Positions 1 through 10,500 of a DNA stretch of 48,654 nt are shown here, one piece after another. The number at the start of each line of letters is the position of its first letter. Position 1 is the stretch's first letter. Made by a program: the position numbers and the translations under genes. Below the pieces are notes generated by a model, which ran no database searches, was not told the origin of the DNA, and worked only from the letters and a program-made list of their open reading frames with translations. Origin of the DNA: Anaerolineales bacterium (GTDB taxonomy: Bacteria > Chloroflexota > Anaerolineae > Anaerolineales > UBA11858); contig JAIORG010000235.1 in the NCBI GenBank assembly GCA_021108255.1, positions 1 through 48,654 on the forward strand, given 5' to 3'.

Positions 1-50
1 CAAAGACTTCAAAAGAAATCGAAAAACGATTAGCCAAAAAGAATGATTGA
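1..50 (+). CDS. 3' end of a gene entering from outside the window (...KTSKEIEKRLAKKND*)
   Basis: Open frame from nt 3 to TGA at 48-50; too short to identify. Confidence 0.4.
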   Translation, partial: KTSKEIEKRLAKKND

Positions 51-412
51 ATTCAACTCAATCCAACATTAACCATACTCGTCACTTTGACTCCAATTGC
101 GGGTTGTACCAAGAGCGAGGAGCCAGGTATGAACGCAGCGCTTGATTCCAGGTTTCAACCAGGTAAATTTTAGAGATAAGCAATCTTAAAGCTGAACGTG
201 GAAATAACGAGCATGTCCCACGCAGGCCATTTCCAGAGGAAGTCATAGAGACTGGCCTTGTCGAATTCATTGGTGCGGGTGGAGACTTGCTATGTTTTAG
301 GCAGGGATGCAAAGCGTGGAAAAATACTGCCCTGCCATTCGCTGCAGGCGATCAATCGAATAAACAATACACTTTACAGTTTTCTAGAACATTTAACTTC
401 TAAGGACGGTCA

Positions 413-1315
413 ATGAAGAAAATACTGAGTGTCAGCCTTGGCTCCACAACACGAGATCACACAACAGAAGCCGAGTTCATGGGGCAGCATTTTTGGCTTA
501 GCCGCCAGGGTACGGACGGCAATGTTGATCGCTGCCTTCAGATGTACCGCGACAACGATGGCAAGGTGGATGCCTTTGGCATTGGTGGCTCTGAATTCTA
601 TCTGTGGGTGAACGGTCGGCGCTACTATTTCCGCGAGGCAAAACAATTCCGCAAAGCGATCAAGATCTCCAAGGTGGGAGATGGCAACGGTATCAAGCAC
701 CTCCTGGCGCCGCTGGCAATTGAGGCTCTTCAGGAGCACGGTTATGAACTGCGCGGTAAGAAAGCCCTCAAGACAACAGCTGTTGATCGGTACGGTCTGG
801 CCAAGGCTCTCGTCGATGCAGGTTGTGATGTGACCTTCGGCGACTTCATGTTCGCGCTCGACCTCCCGATCCCCATCCGCAGCATTCACACTGTGCACAT
901 TGTGGCAGTTCTGCTTCTGCCCATCATGACTCAGCTTCCCTTCCGCTGGCTCTATCCTTTGGGAGCAGAGCAAGAGAAGGAACCTTCCAAAAAGTACAGT
1001 CATTTCTATGAGGAGGCGGATATCATCGCCGGCGACTTCCTGCAGGTTTGGTCAAACCTGCCCGACGACCTGAGCGGAAAGATCATTATCACCAACACCA
1101 CCACGGAGAAGAATGTTGAGGAGCTTCAAAAGCGTAATCTGGAGGTCCTGGTGACAAACACTCCCCGCCTGGAGGGACGTTCTTTCGGCACGAATGTCAT
1201 CGAGGCTATGTGCCGTTGTTTGATTGACAAACCTGATGACCTTATTACAGAGGCGGACCTCAAGGACATCATCGCCCGCGTGCCTCTCAAGCCGCAGGTG
1301 CATGTCCTGAATTAG
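413..1315 (+). CDS. Conserved hypothetical protein (family often auto-annotated 'quinate 5-dehydrogenase'; function unproven)
   Basis: 300-aa ORF with family motifs VSLGS..RD, GTDG, DAFGIGG, DG.GIK and TP...GRSFGTNV.EA; AAGGA RBS. Confidence 0.75.
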   Translation: MKKILSVSLGSTTRDHTTEAEFMGQHFWLSRQGTDGNVDRCLQMYRDNDGKVDAFGIGGSEFYLWVNGRRYYFREAKQFRKAIKISKVGDGNGIKHLLAPLAIEALQEHGYELRGKKALKTTAVDRYGLAKALVDAGCDVTFGDFMFALDLPIPIRSIHTVHIVAVLLLPIMTQLPFRWLYPLGAEQEKEPSKKYSHFYEEADIIAGDFLQVWSNLPDDLSGKIIITNTTTEKNVEELQKRNLEVLVTNTPRLEGRSFGTNVIEAMCRCLIDKPDDLITEADLKDIIARVPLKPQVHVLN

Positions 1316-1471
1316 CTACCCTGGCTCTTATCGGAAGTAATTTTTCGGCGTCTGTCTACACCTTATGCCGCTGGATACTAACAGCCAGTTAAGGATGGGG
1401 GACCGGGGACGGCACAGGTTGCGAGTGACATCAACCGTTAGGCTCATTTTAAAAAATAAGGAGGATAAGCT

Positions 1472-1894
1472 ATGGCAAATATAAGTGACTCTGGTGATCG
1501 TGGGACAAAAAGGATACGCCTTGTTGCACGTATTTGGTCCGCACCAATCATTCTTTACTCCCTATTGATGCTTACCGGCTACGCCTGGAATTGGTTAACT
1601 ATCGGAAAAGCAGACCCCTATGCAGTGGAGGGTTATCCCTTTATAGAAGCAGTACCCCCAATCTTGCTGTTTCTGGGGATCATGGGATTAGCCATCGCCT
1701 GGCGCCGGGAAAAATTAGGAGGGGTAATTAACCTTGTTTTCCTGTTAGGGGTGATTGTGGTGCTTCTAATTTCAAAGCCTATCACTGATGATTTCTTTCG
1801 CTCAGCGGTCCCTTATCTTATAACGATAGTGGTTGCCATTCCTGGAATACTGTTCCTGGTGTGTGGGCGGCGATCGAGTGATATCCCTGCTTAG
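1472..1894 (+). CDS. Small integral membrane protein (about 4 TM)
   Basis: 140 aa with four hydrophobic segments; strong AAGGAGG RBS. Confidence 0.8.
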   Translation: MANISDSGDRGTKRIRLVARIWSAPIILYSLLMLTGYAWNWLTIGKADPYAVEGYPFIEAVPPILLFLGIMGLAIAWRREKLGGVINLVFLLGVIVVLLISKPITDDFFRSAVPYLITIVVAIPGILFLVCGRRSSDIPA

Positions 1895-1978
1895 GGCCTG
1901 AGGAGATTGGCTGGGGGACGTAGTGAGAGGGAGAATTGGAGAGAGGGTAACGTTGTGACCAGGGGACAGGGAGAGCCT

Positions 1979-2030
1979 GTCATTGCGAGCACAGCGAAGC
2001 AATCTCCTGTTAATGAGGAAATTACCACGA
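1979..2030. repeat. REP-like element, GTCATTGCGAG...CGAAGCAATCTC family, degenerate right arm
   Basis: GTCATTGCGAGCACAGCGAAGCAATCTCC followed by GGAAATTACCACG, resembling the usual GAGATTGCCACG arm. Confidence 0.65.
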
Positions 2031-2226
2031 CAGTCTGGCTCAAGCCTTATCGCCCTGATCAAAAGATAAAGGGATCCTGTCCAATCACTGCTCTACCAGG
2101 AAGGGAAAATTTTTTATCAGGGGGATTCAAACGTTCAGACCAAAAAATTTCTCCGAAATTCAATAATCGCACAAGCCCAAATTCCAAAATATAACCAGTA
2201 GGCAGTTCATGGCATTCAGCTGGTCA

Positions 2227-2235
2227 TGCTATAAT
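2227..2235 (+). promoter_or_regulatory. Extended -10 promoter of the iscS-mnmA operon
   Basis: TGCTATAAT (TGnTATAAT) 17 nt before the ATG; GGAAAGGA RBS between them. Confidence 0.6.
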
Positions 2236-2252
2236 CGCAGGGAAAGGAAACT

Positions 2253-3410
2253 ATGAATAACATCTACCTTGATTACGCGGCAACTACCCCGGTCGATGAA
2301 CGGGTAACAGCCGCCATGCAGCCATATTTCACCCAGGTCTTTGGCAATCCATCCTCCCTGCATCGATTTGGGCAGCAAGCTGAATCAGCCCTAGAGAAAT
2401 CCCGCCGGGTACTGGCAGGATTTCTGGGCGCCAAACCATCCGAGATTATCTTTACGTCTTGCGGATCAGAAAGCGACAACCTGGCAATCAAGGGAGCTGC
2501 ATTCGCAGCCCGGCAACAATCCAGAGCGAACCATCTGCTGATTTCTCCAATCGAGCATCCCGCAGTTCTTAATACAGCCAACCAGTTGGCTGATTTGCAT
2601 GGATTTGATTTAAGCTTTTTGCCAGTCGACAAATACGGCAGGGTTTCCCCTGCAGAGGTCCAGAAAAACCTGAGAGAGGATACTTTCCTGGTTTCAGTTA
2701 TGGATGCAAATAATGAAATAGGAACCATAAATCCAATCGCGGAGATAGGCGGCATCTGTCGGGAGCGAGGTATCTACCTCCACACGGATGCGGTTCAAAG
2801 TGGGGCGCATTCCCCGCTTGATGTAAATTCATTAAATGTTGATTTATTGTCTTTGGGCGCCCACAAATTTTATGGACCCAAAGGCGTGGGAGCACTTTAT
2901 ATCAGATCAGGGACAGATCTAAGCCCGATGCTGACCGGGGGGTCCCAGGAATTTGGACAGAGAGCCGCAACTGAAAATGTCCCTTTGATTGCAGGTATGG
3001 CAGCCGCGTTTGAACTGGTCCAGGTAGAGCATGATCAGCGGACCAATCACATCCTTCCCCTGCGAGATTATCTGATTAAACAAATTTTAACAAAAATACC
3101 CTCCAGTCAGCTGACTGGACACCCGGAAGAACGACTTGTTAATCATGCCAGTTTTGTATTTGAAGGCGTAGACGGAAACCTGCTGATCTCGATCCTCGAT
3201 GGGACCGGATTTGCTTGTTCCTCCGGCTCCGCCTGTAAAACGGGAGATCCTGAACCCAGCTCAGTTTTAACCCATTTGGGGTATTCACCATCCTGGGCAT
3301 TGGGATCCCTCCGGGTCACCCTGGGAAAAGACACAACAGCAGAGGATATTGACTCATTCCTGAATGTCCTGCCAGGCTGTATTCATCAGGTTCGGGAATT
3401 GAAAAGTTGA
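2253..3410 (+). CDS. iscS: Cysteine desulfurase (IscS/NifS type)
   Basis: YLDYAATTP, GNPSS, HTDAVQ, PLP lysine in AHKFYGPKG, catalytic SSGSAC. Confidence 0.93.
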   Translation: MNNIYLDYAATTPVDERVTAAMQPYFTQVFGNPSSLHRFGQQAESALEKSRRVLAGFLGAKPSEIIFTSCGSESDNLAIKGAAFAARQQSRANHLLISPIEHPAVLNTANQLADLHGFDLSFLPVDKYGRVSPAEVQKNLREDTFLVSVMDANNEIGTINPIAEIGGICRERGIYLHTDAVQSGAHSPLDVNSLNVDLLSLGAHKFYGPKGVGALYIRSGTDLSPMLTGGSQEFGQRAATENVPLIAGMAAAFELVQVEHDQRTNHILPLRDYLIKQILTKIPSSQLTGHPEERLVNHASFVFEGVDGNLLISILDGTGFACSSGSACKTGDPEPSSVLTHLGYSPSWALGSLRVTLGKDTTAEDIDSFLNVLPGCIHQVRELKS

Positions 3411-4483
3411 CCCCCCCGCCAGGTGCACGCGTGATTGTAGGAATGAGCGGCGGAGTGGACAGCTCCGTGGCTGCTGCTCTTCTCAAAGACCAGGGTTATG
3501 ATGTCATCGGGATGATGCTTCGCCTCTGGAGCGACACTGGCACCCACAACCGCTGCTGCGCACCTGATGCGCAACAGGAGGCCAGGTATATTGCCGGGCT
3601 GCTCGATATTCCGTTTTACGTGATAGATGCCCAGGACCACTTTTATCAGCAGGTAGTCATCCCCTTTATCAATGGCTATACGCAGGGAATTACCCCAAAT
3701 CCTTGCCTGAATTGCAATCGCTTTGTCCGGTGGGATTTTTTACTGGAGAGAGCAAAGGCACTGGGTGCCGATTATCTGGCAACCGGACATTACGCCCGGA
3801 TTCAAAACACCGCAGCCGGCCCCTATCAGCTCCTTAAAAGCAGGGACGCTGATAAAGATCAGACATATTTCCTGCATGTGCTGACTCAAAACAAATTAAG
3901 TCAGACGATCTTTCCCCTGGCCAATCTCACCAAAAAACAGGTTCGAAAGCTGGCCGAAGAATATGCTCTGCCTGTTGCAGATCGTCCTGACAGCCAGGAT
4001 TTGTGTTTCGTCGGGCAGGGAGATTACCGTGATTTCCTGCGCAAATCCAGCCCCTCCTCGATGAAACCAGGTCCCATTATCGATCTGGATGGAAAATCCC
4101 GCGGAGAACATCCAGGACTGGCAGATTTTACGATTGGACAGAGAAAGAAATTGGGTATCTCCAGCCCGGAACCGCTTTATGTGATTCGGAAGGATCTGAA
4201 AAACAATACTCTGATTGTTGGAAGCAGGGAATATCTGGGCCAGGGGAAATTCTATGTTGATAATGTAAACTGGATTTCCGGAGAAGCGCCCGCCGATCCT
4301 ATCCCGGCCAATGTCAAAATCCGGTATAAATCACGGGAAGTGCCTTCCGTTATTACGGCCACAAATTCCAACACAGTTTCCATACAATTGGATTCGCCTT
4401 TAGCAGACATCACACCGGGCCAAGCAGCTGTCTTTTATCAAGATGACTTCTGTCTCGGAGGAGGGATCATCAGATCAGAATAA
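3407..4483 (+). CDS. mnmA: tRNA 2-thiouridine(34) synthase MnmA (CxxC, C-type)
   Basis: PP-loop SGGVDS, TPNPCLNCN, ATGHYA, KDQTYFL, DSQDLCF, TIGQRK, TPGQAAVFY; TTG start overlaps the iscS stop. Confidence 0.95.
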   Translation: MTPPPGARVIVGMSGGVDSSVAAALLKDQGYDVIGMMLRLWSDTGTHNRCCAPDAQQEARYIAGLLDIPFYVIDAQDHFYQQVVIPFINGYTQGITPNPCLNCNRFVRWDFLLERAKALGADYLATGHYARIQNTAAGPYQLLKSRDADKDQTYFLHVLTQNKLSQTIFPLANLTKKQVRKLAEEYALPVADRPDSQDLCFVGQGDYRDFLRKSSPSSMKPGPIIDLDGKSRGEHPGLADFTIGQRKKLGISSPEPLYVIRKDLKNNTLIVGSREYLGQGKFYVDNVNWISGEAPADPIPANVKIRYKSREVPSVITATNSNTVSIQLDSPLADITPGQAAVFYQDDFCLGGGIIRSE

Positions 4484-4484
4484 C

Positions 4485-4748
4485 ATGACAGCTCCAACCA
4501 TATTCTACAGTTTTCTCCTGGCATCATTCCTGGGGTCAGCGTTCCACTTTTGGAAGGGCGGCAGTGGAGGCAAATTCCTGATGATGATGATCTTGTCCTG
4601 GGTTGGTTTTTACCTCGGACATCTATTAGGTACTTCCTGGGATATTCAGTTCCTGATGATCGGATCAGTATTCGGGGGATTTGGTGCTCTGGGGAGTTTG
4701 CTTTTCCTCTTTCTGGGAAACTGGATCAGCCAGCTCGATGAACTATGA
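4485..4748 (+). CDS. Small 3-TM membrane protein
   Basis: Hydrophobic 87-aa ORF from ATG 4485, packed between mnmA and the Nudix gene (ATGA overlap). Confidence 0.75.
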   Translation: MTAPTIFYSFLLASFLGSAFHFWKGGSGGKFLMMMILSWVGFYLGHLLGTSWDIQFLMIGSVFGGFGALGSLLFLFLGNWISQLDEL

Positions 4749-5356
4749 TCATTAATCCAGATCTAATCAAGGGGCAATTACTGCAAGCGCAGAACCAGCT
4801 GGTAAAACCCTCTCCTCCTCTGCCTGGTAGCGAAAGAAAAGAGAAGCAGCCCGCGGCAGTCCTTATCCCGCTGCTGCTTGATCAGGAAGATTGGAAAATC
4901 CTTTTTATCAAGCGAACCCATCATCAGGACGATCGGCACAGCGGTCAAGTCGCATTCCCCGGCGGCCGGGCTGACGTGGACGACACTTCCCTGCTATATA
5001 CTGCGCTCCGGGAAGCCGAGGAAGAAATTGGGCTCAATCCGGAGGATGTAGAAATTTTAGGGCAATCCTGCCCAATTACCACCGTTACTGATTATGAGGT
5101 TACACCCTTCGTGGGTATTCTTCCCTGGCCTTATCCTCTTAAACTCTCCAAAGTTGAAGTGGAAAAAACCATCCTGATTCCAATAAATTGGCTGATAGAT
5201 CCCCAAAACCATCAGATAAAATTCTGGAAGCCTGATCCTTCTGCTGAAGAAGGAATTCCGGTGATCTTTTTTAAAGAATACCTGGGAGATATATTATGGG
5301 GAGTTACCGCTCAAATAGTGCTGGATTTTTTTGAATTAATTGATCTGACCCCCTGA
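4745..5356 (+). CDS. Nudix hydrolase, CoA pyrophosphatase subfamily
   Basis: AAVLIPL, KR...HSGQVAFPGG CoA motif, Nudix box ALREAEEEIG, WGVTA. Confidence 0.9.
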   Translation: MIINPDLIKGQLLQAQNQLVKPSPPLPGSERKEKQPAAVLIPLLLDQEDWKILFIKRTHHQDDRHSGQVAFPGGRADVDDTSLLYTALREAEEEIGLNPEDVEILGQSCPITTVTDYEVTPFVGILPWPYPLKLSKVEVEKTILIPINWLIDPQNHQIKFWKPDPSAEEGIPVIFFKEYLGDILWGVTAQIVLDFFELIDLTP

Positions 5357-5369
5357 CCTGATAAATAGC

Positions 5370-5996
5370 TTACTCTTCCCCTTTTGTACCAATCAATTGT
5401 ACTGCGTCAATTTCATTCCATCCCAAACCTAGCTGAGATTGATCCACAGTGATCCGTACTGTATTGGTAAGAAAATCAATCCCCTCTACAGGAACAATTA
5501 ATTGATAGGGACAGGGTCTATCTACCTGGGTGGGGTTCTTTTGGAGGACAGTATAAAAACCCAGCCGCTCAGGATCCTGAACCTCCACCTTGGTAACCTG
5601 ATCAGAGTTAAAACTCTCATGGATAATGATTTCAAGAGGGTAAACGAGTATGGGAAACCTAACAATTAAGGTATCAATTGAATCACTAGCCGCTGACGCC
5701 CAGGAAAATTGGTAATCACCACATCCCGGGGAATCCGGCGCTCCAACTGCTTGCTCTGCGCTCCATTCCGGACTTGAAAACTCTGAGCTCGCTTCTGCCG
5801 ACATAGCCCATTGATAAATAACTCCGGATTCAGGGAAACGGTGTCCGTTGGTGAGCTCATCCCCAGCCTGCGTGGCTGCCGCCGGGGTTTGCTCTGAAAG
5901 CAAATCTTCTTCTACCACCGCAGCGCTGCATCCAGAGAGGAAAACAACCATTATCACCAGAATATTCAGGCTGAAATGATGCGGGGTTCTTTTCAT
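5370..5996 (-). CDS. Lipoprotein with a jelly-roll/discoidin-like domain
   Basis: Lipobox FLSGC; QWA.SAEASSE...W.AEQA.GAPD and WNEIDAVQLIG motifs. Confidence 0.75.
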   Translation of the reverse strand: MKRTPHHFSLNILVIMVVFLSGCSAAVVEEDLLSEQTPAAATQAGDELTNGHRFPESGVIYQWAMSAEASSEFSSPEWSAEQAVGAPDSPGCGDYQFSWASAASDSIDTLIVRFPILVYPLEIIIHESFNSDQVTKVEVQDPERLGFYTVLQKNPTQVDRPCPYQLIVPVEGIDFLTNTVRITVDQSQLGLGWNEIDAVQLIGTKGEE

Positions 5997-6025
5997 ACAC
6001 TCTTCAGAATAGTTCTATTTAATTG

Positions 6026-6068
6026 AAAAACCATCCCGGTTAGATAAACTCTTCCGGGATGGTTCTTC
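6026..6068 (-). terminator. Intrinsic terminator after rplY
   Basis: AACCATCCCGG / CCGGGATGGTT inverted repeat with an A-tract on the + strand (U-tract on the - strand). Confidence 0.7.
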
Positions 6069-6085
6069 TTAGTTATTAAATTTGA

Positions 6086-6766
6086 TTAACCTTCATCAGC
6101 AGCCTCTTCCACTACCTCTCCTTCAACTGCTTCCCCTTCTTCTAGGAGTTCAGCGTCAGTGAGCTCTTCCAAGAGTTCAGCGCCTTCCTCAACCTCAGGT
6201 TCAATCTCCATCAGAGTTGGAGCAGCAACTACGACAACAGTTAGCTCCTGGTCATCCAGGACATTGACATCTCCAGAGATAATCAAATCCTTGATCCGGA
6301 TATTGTCTCCGATCTCAGCCAGCTCAGAAATATCCACCTGAATCGTATCCGGTAAATCTTTTGCTTTGGCTTCAATCTGAAGAAATTCCAAACTGGTAAC
6401 CAGCAGCGCGTTTAGTTCCTTAACTGCTGGGGCTTCACCCACTACCACTACGGGCACGGTGGTGGAGATGGTCTCTTCCATTGAAACTGCCTGGAAGTCA
6501 ATATGCAGTAAATTTCGGTTAATCACTTCCCTCTGCAAATCACGGACCAGCGCCAGGTGTTCTTTTTTACCGATCTTTATAGTTACCAGAGTATTAGCAC
6601 CAATCACACCAAGGATCTGGCGGACTTCGTAGGTATTTAAGGTAAGCGGCATCGGCTCAATATCACTGCCGTAAATCACTGCAGGGAGTAATCCTTCCCG
6701 CCTGAGCGCTTTTACCTGCTTCCCAATAACTTCCCTTTTCTTTGCTTCTAATACATACTTTTCCAT
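6086..6766 (-). CDS. rplY: 50S ribosomal protein bL25 (long Ctc form, acidic tail)
   Basis: LRREG.LPAVIYG, LHIDF, LPDTIQVDISEL; start at ATG 6766 with GAGGAAGGA RBS. Confidence 0.95.
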   Translation of the reverse strand: MEKYVLEAKKREVIGKQVKALRREGLLPAVIYGSDIEPMPLTLNTYEVRQILGVIGANTLVTIKIGKKEHLALVRDLQREVINRNLLHIDFQAVSMEETISTTVPVVVVGEAPAVKELNALLVTSLEFLQIEAKAKDLPDTIQVDISELAEIGDNIRIKDLIISGDVNVLDDQELTVVVVAAPTLMEIEPEVEEGAELLEELTDAELLEEGEAVEGEVVEEAADEG

Positions 6767-6941
6767 TATTTCCTTCCTCGAAGCGCCTCTCACTGCTGCT
6801 GAAGCAGAGTTACCTTCGCTCCTCTAGAATGATAAGAATTAATTGTTCTGCTGAAAACTCATCATAACCAAATCTGGCAAGATGCCAGAACAAAAAAAGA
6901 CCGCCACATTCAGGTGACGACATAACTTTTCAGCAGGGAAA

Positions 6942-6970
6942 ATTGTAACTTGCCAGCCTGTATTCGTCAA
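6942..6970 (-). promoter_or_regulatory. sigma70-type promoter of rplY
   Basis: Minus strand TTGACG-N17-TACAAT. Confidence 0.7.
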
Positions 6971-7168
6971 TAGCACAAGAACCTCGGGCTGTCACCTTCT
7001 CGTTCATTCCCGCAAAAACCAAGTATCCCACAAATACTGCCAAACATGAGTGGCTTAAGTCTTGCATCATAACCGACAGATAATTAGATCAAGCCGGATG
7101 AAGCTTCCAGATCCATTATTCAGCAGGCAAAAAAAGAACAAAAAAGACAACCGGCTTCCCTTATCTAT

Positions 7169-7185
7169 ACGGCATGCATCTTGCA
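7169..7185 (+). promoter_or_regulatory. sigma54-type -24/-12 promoter candidate
   Basis: ACGGCATGCATCTTGCA fits YTGGCACG-N4-TTGCW with exact GG-N10-GC spacing, about 35 nt upstream of ATG 7220. Confidence 0.6.
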
Positions 7186-7219
7186 CAATAACAGGAAATC
7201 AGTATAAAGGAGTTTTAAA

Positions 7220-7549
7220 ATGACTATTTATGATATTGCCCGCGTATTATCTGCCATGGCTTCAGGATTATTCCTGATCGGCTTGATCACCTTTGCAACC
7301 GGCGTTGCAGTTCTGATCGTCAGGTCCATCGGCCAGGACACACGTTCAATCAGCAAATCGATCGCGCAAATCACCAATAAAGGGATTGCGGATGATCTTT
7401 CTGGACTGGTCAGCAATGCTTCTGCGCTAATGGACTCAACAACCAATCTGATTCAAACCACAAAAGGCATCGGTGTATTTCTAGTCGTCAGCGGTTCCGT
7501 ATTTATGCTGCTGGGGATTACGCTGACACTCTACCTCGGACTTAATTAA
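7220..7549 (+). CDS. Small 2-TM hypothetical membrane protein
   Basis: 109 aa with two hydrophobic helices flanking an amphipathic loop; AAGGAG RBS. Confidence 0.8.
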   Translation: MTIYDIARVLSAMASGLFLIGLITFATGVAVLIVRSIGQDTRSISKSIAQITNKGIADDLSGLVSNASALMDSTTNLIQTTKGIGVFLVVSGSVFMLLGITLTLYLGLN

Positions 7550-7559
7550 CAGGATCATT

Positions 7560-10500
7560 ATGGCAAAACAGGAACTTCTTATCATCAACGCTCTTAAAAA
7601 TATATTTCCAGAAGCGTCCTGGTCCTGGGCTATCCCTGCACTTAGACGCTCTGCGCCAATCTGGGGAAAATTGGAATCCGAAGGTTTCCCTCAAATCCTG
7701 GTCCAGGAAATTGGCAGTGAGCCAACTGACTGGACTCCAGGAAGGATTGGAGCTGCTGTACTGAACAGGGAATATTCGGATTTGGTGAATTGGCCGATTA
7801 ATTCATTCAGTGATCTTCCTGCTGAGTTAAGGACCCAGATTCACCAAACCTATCAGGATTATGAAAATAGCACAGATCAGATCCTGAGTCTAGGCGATGC
7901 TTTCCAATTAAGTCTTGCTTTGCTTGGAGAAAAGAATTCAGGCAAAACCTGGCAGGAAATTATCGGTCAGCTTTCTCCCCTGGACGGTTGGCTTTTCCCA
8001 TTGACTTGTCTATTTGATTTAGTTGAAGATCAGTCGGAATTTATCCAGGTTCTGGACCCGGATCTCGGGATGCACATCCTGCTTTCCAGGCCTTTAACCC
8101 CGGAAGCCCGGGTGGAAATGCTGAGCGGGATTTTGTTTACTATGGATACCGCCAACCTGGAAAAATGGATTAAGGCGTTAAATAAGGAAGTTCCTGACCT
8201 CGCGCCAAAAGTTGCTCAATCCTTATTGGCAAATCAAAAACTGGAACCCTCAAGCGTGCAAGAGAGCGTTACCCTCAGTCTCCTCAATCAGCTGACTGGA
8301 AACTCAGAAGCCGCTTTAAAGCTGCTCAAAGAAGCATCCGAGAAGAACCAGAAACTGCATGGCAAACTCGCTGCCAACCTGAACAAGGTTAAAGCGGGTC
8401 TTCAGCAGCCCCAGGTTAATGACAAGGCATGGCAGGAATTAACAGAAGCCATCAGCGAACCAGAGGGAATGGACGAGAATGTTCAGGAGATATCCGACAT
8501 CATCCGCTCTTTGCTGGATAATAAATACTATGCCGCAGCAGGTGATCTAATCAGCAAACTACAGGATCCGCTGCCAGAACATCCAGAACTTATAACCGCG
8601 CTTGCAGAATACGCGCTGTCTCAGAACCAGAAAACCCGGGCGGGGCAGTTAGCATTACTGGCTTTAGAAAAAACCGCTGAAGGGAAATCTCATCCGGAAA
8701 ACTTAAGTTCAGTACTGCTCCAGGTTGGGAGCCTGGAAGAGTGTATCCAATCAGCCCAATCATATTTATCAAAACATCCCAACCACCTGCAGACCAATTT
8801 GGTATTTGCTGAAGCATTAAGTCGGTTGGGAAATCATTCATCTGCAGCGAAACAAGCTCAAATCGGATCAATACTTAACCCCCAGGACATCTCGCTGCAC
8901 AGGAAACTGGCAGAATATCAAGAACAGGCAGAATCCTGGAAGGACGCACTGGAAACTCGCTCAAATATTTTGAGCAAGCTTCAATCTGTAAAAGAAGCAA
9001 AATCACAGCCAGAACCCTATTTACCTTTGATAGATTTATTGTCTTTTGCTGCTTGCGCCTATGAGGCAGGACAGCCCAAACGAGCCATTACAGCCTGCAA
9101 TCAAATCCTCGAACAAGACCCAGATAACAGCAGTGCTCATTCGTTAAAAGGAAAGTCTCTCTTCTCTCAAGGAAAACAGGATGAAGGATTTGCCCATCTG
9201 AACCAGGCAGTTGAGGTTTCGCCTGAGCTGGAGGAACCCTGGATTGCCCTTGCAGCCAGCCAGCTGGCATCAAAAGCGCCCGATAAAGCAATTCAAACTT
9301 TAAAATCAGGTGCCGCTGCCGCTTCGACACACGCCCGTGTGTTGTTAAAGCTGGGAGAGATTCAAAACAATAATCATCATCAATCGAAAGCATTGGAAAC
9401 ATTCAAAAATGCTGCGGCTTCAGCAGAAACAGAAGGTGTTGATCAAAAGACCTTTTATGATATTCAATACGGATTAGGCCTGTCTTATTACAAACTGGGG
9501 CACCTGAAACAAGCCCGCACCACATTTAAAGACCTTCAGAAACGATACCCGGCAAATGGCAAAGCCAATGCTGTTTACGGAAAACTAATGCTGGACATGA
9601 ATGAACCCCGGGGAGCTCTCCCCTATCTTGCCAGGGTGGTAGACGAAGATCCCCAGCAAGCTGAACCTTATCTGCAGTACGCAGATGCTCATTTACGAAT
9701 CGGCGCCAATCCCCAAGCTGCTGCCGCAGCCCTGGGTAAAGCCCTTTCGATTGATCCAGAAAACGAGATCGCTTTTGCCCTCCTCGGAGAAGCACATGCA
9801 TCTGAAGGAAATTACCAGGAAGCAATCTCATCGTTCCAAAAAGCACAAAACACCTCATTAAATTCAGATCCTTCCTGGTCTCCAAGAATCAGCCTGGGAT
9901 TGGGAAAGACTGCTGTACAATTGGGACAGGTTGAAACGGCAATTGCATCTCTCAAAGAAGGACATGAAAAATATCCCCAGAATCTGCCTCTCACCCATGG
10001 TTTAGCAGAAGCGTATCAAACTGCAAACTTAACCCCCAACGCGCTTGAAACAGCAAAACATGCCGCAGAGATCGCACCGCATGATCCGGAGAATTTATCC
10101 TGGATTGCTGACTTTACCTTAACTCTGGGATCTCCAGAGCAGGGAATTTCAGCCCTAAAAGAACTCGTACGGATTGATCCCGATCACCATGCCGCATATA
10201 TCCTTCTTGGAAAAGCATATTCTTCAGCTGGCAATGAAGAAGAGGCAGTGGCCACTTTCTCCAAATTCCTCACCTTTGAAGAAATCCAGCCCGAAGATTT
10301 ACTCCTGGCTGGGGACGAATTAATTAAAATAGGCGATTTTGATACCAGTATGAAATGCCTCACAACAGCTGTCAACATCTGCGAGGCAAATCCAACGCCC
10401 TCCCCCCTGCTGCCAAAAATCTGGTCTCGCCTGGCAGCCGGATTTGAGATGAACAGCAATCCTAAACAAGCATTGGAACTGCTTGATCAAGCCATCAGCG

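Noticed and set aside
82-352. Minus-strand ORF 82-312 and an alternative frame (…TNEFDKASLYDFLWKW…) as a gene or pseudogene
   Set aside because: No RBS or recognisable family, and the alternative frame has an internal stop. It may be a gene relic but I cannot support a call.
1408-1424. GGCACAGGTTGC as a sigma54 promoter
   Set aside because: GG-to-GC spacing is 8 nt, not the required 10
1907-2194. 95-aa ORF
   Set aside because: Runs through REP-like and purine-rich repeats; TTG start without RBS; likely spurious
3411-3417. C7 run at the mnmA start as a phase-variation site
   Set aside because: Short run in a housekeeping gene, frame intact, and explained by Pro codons
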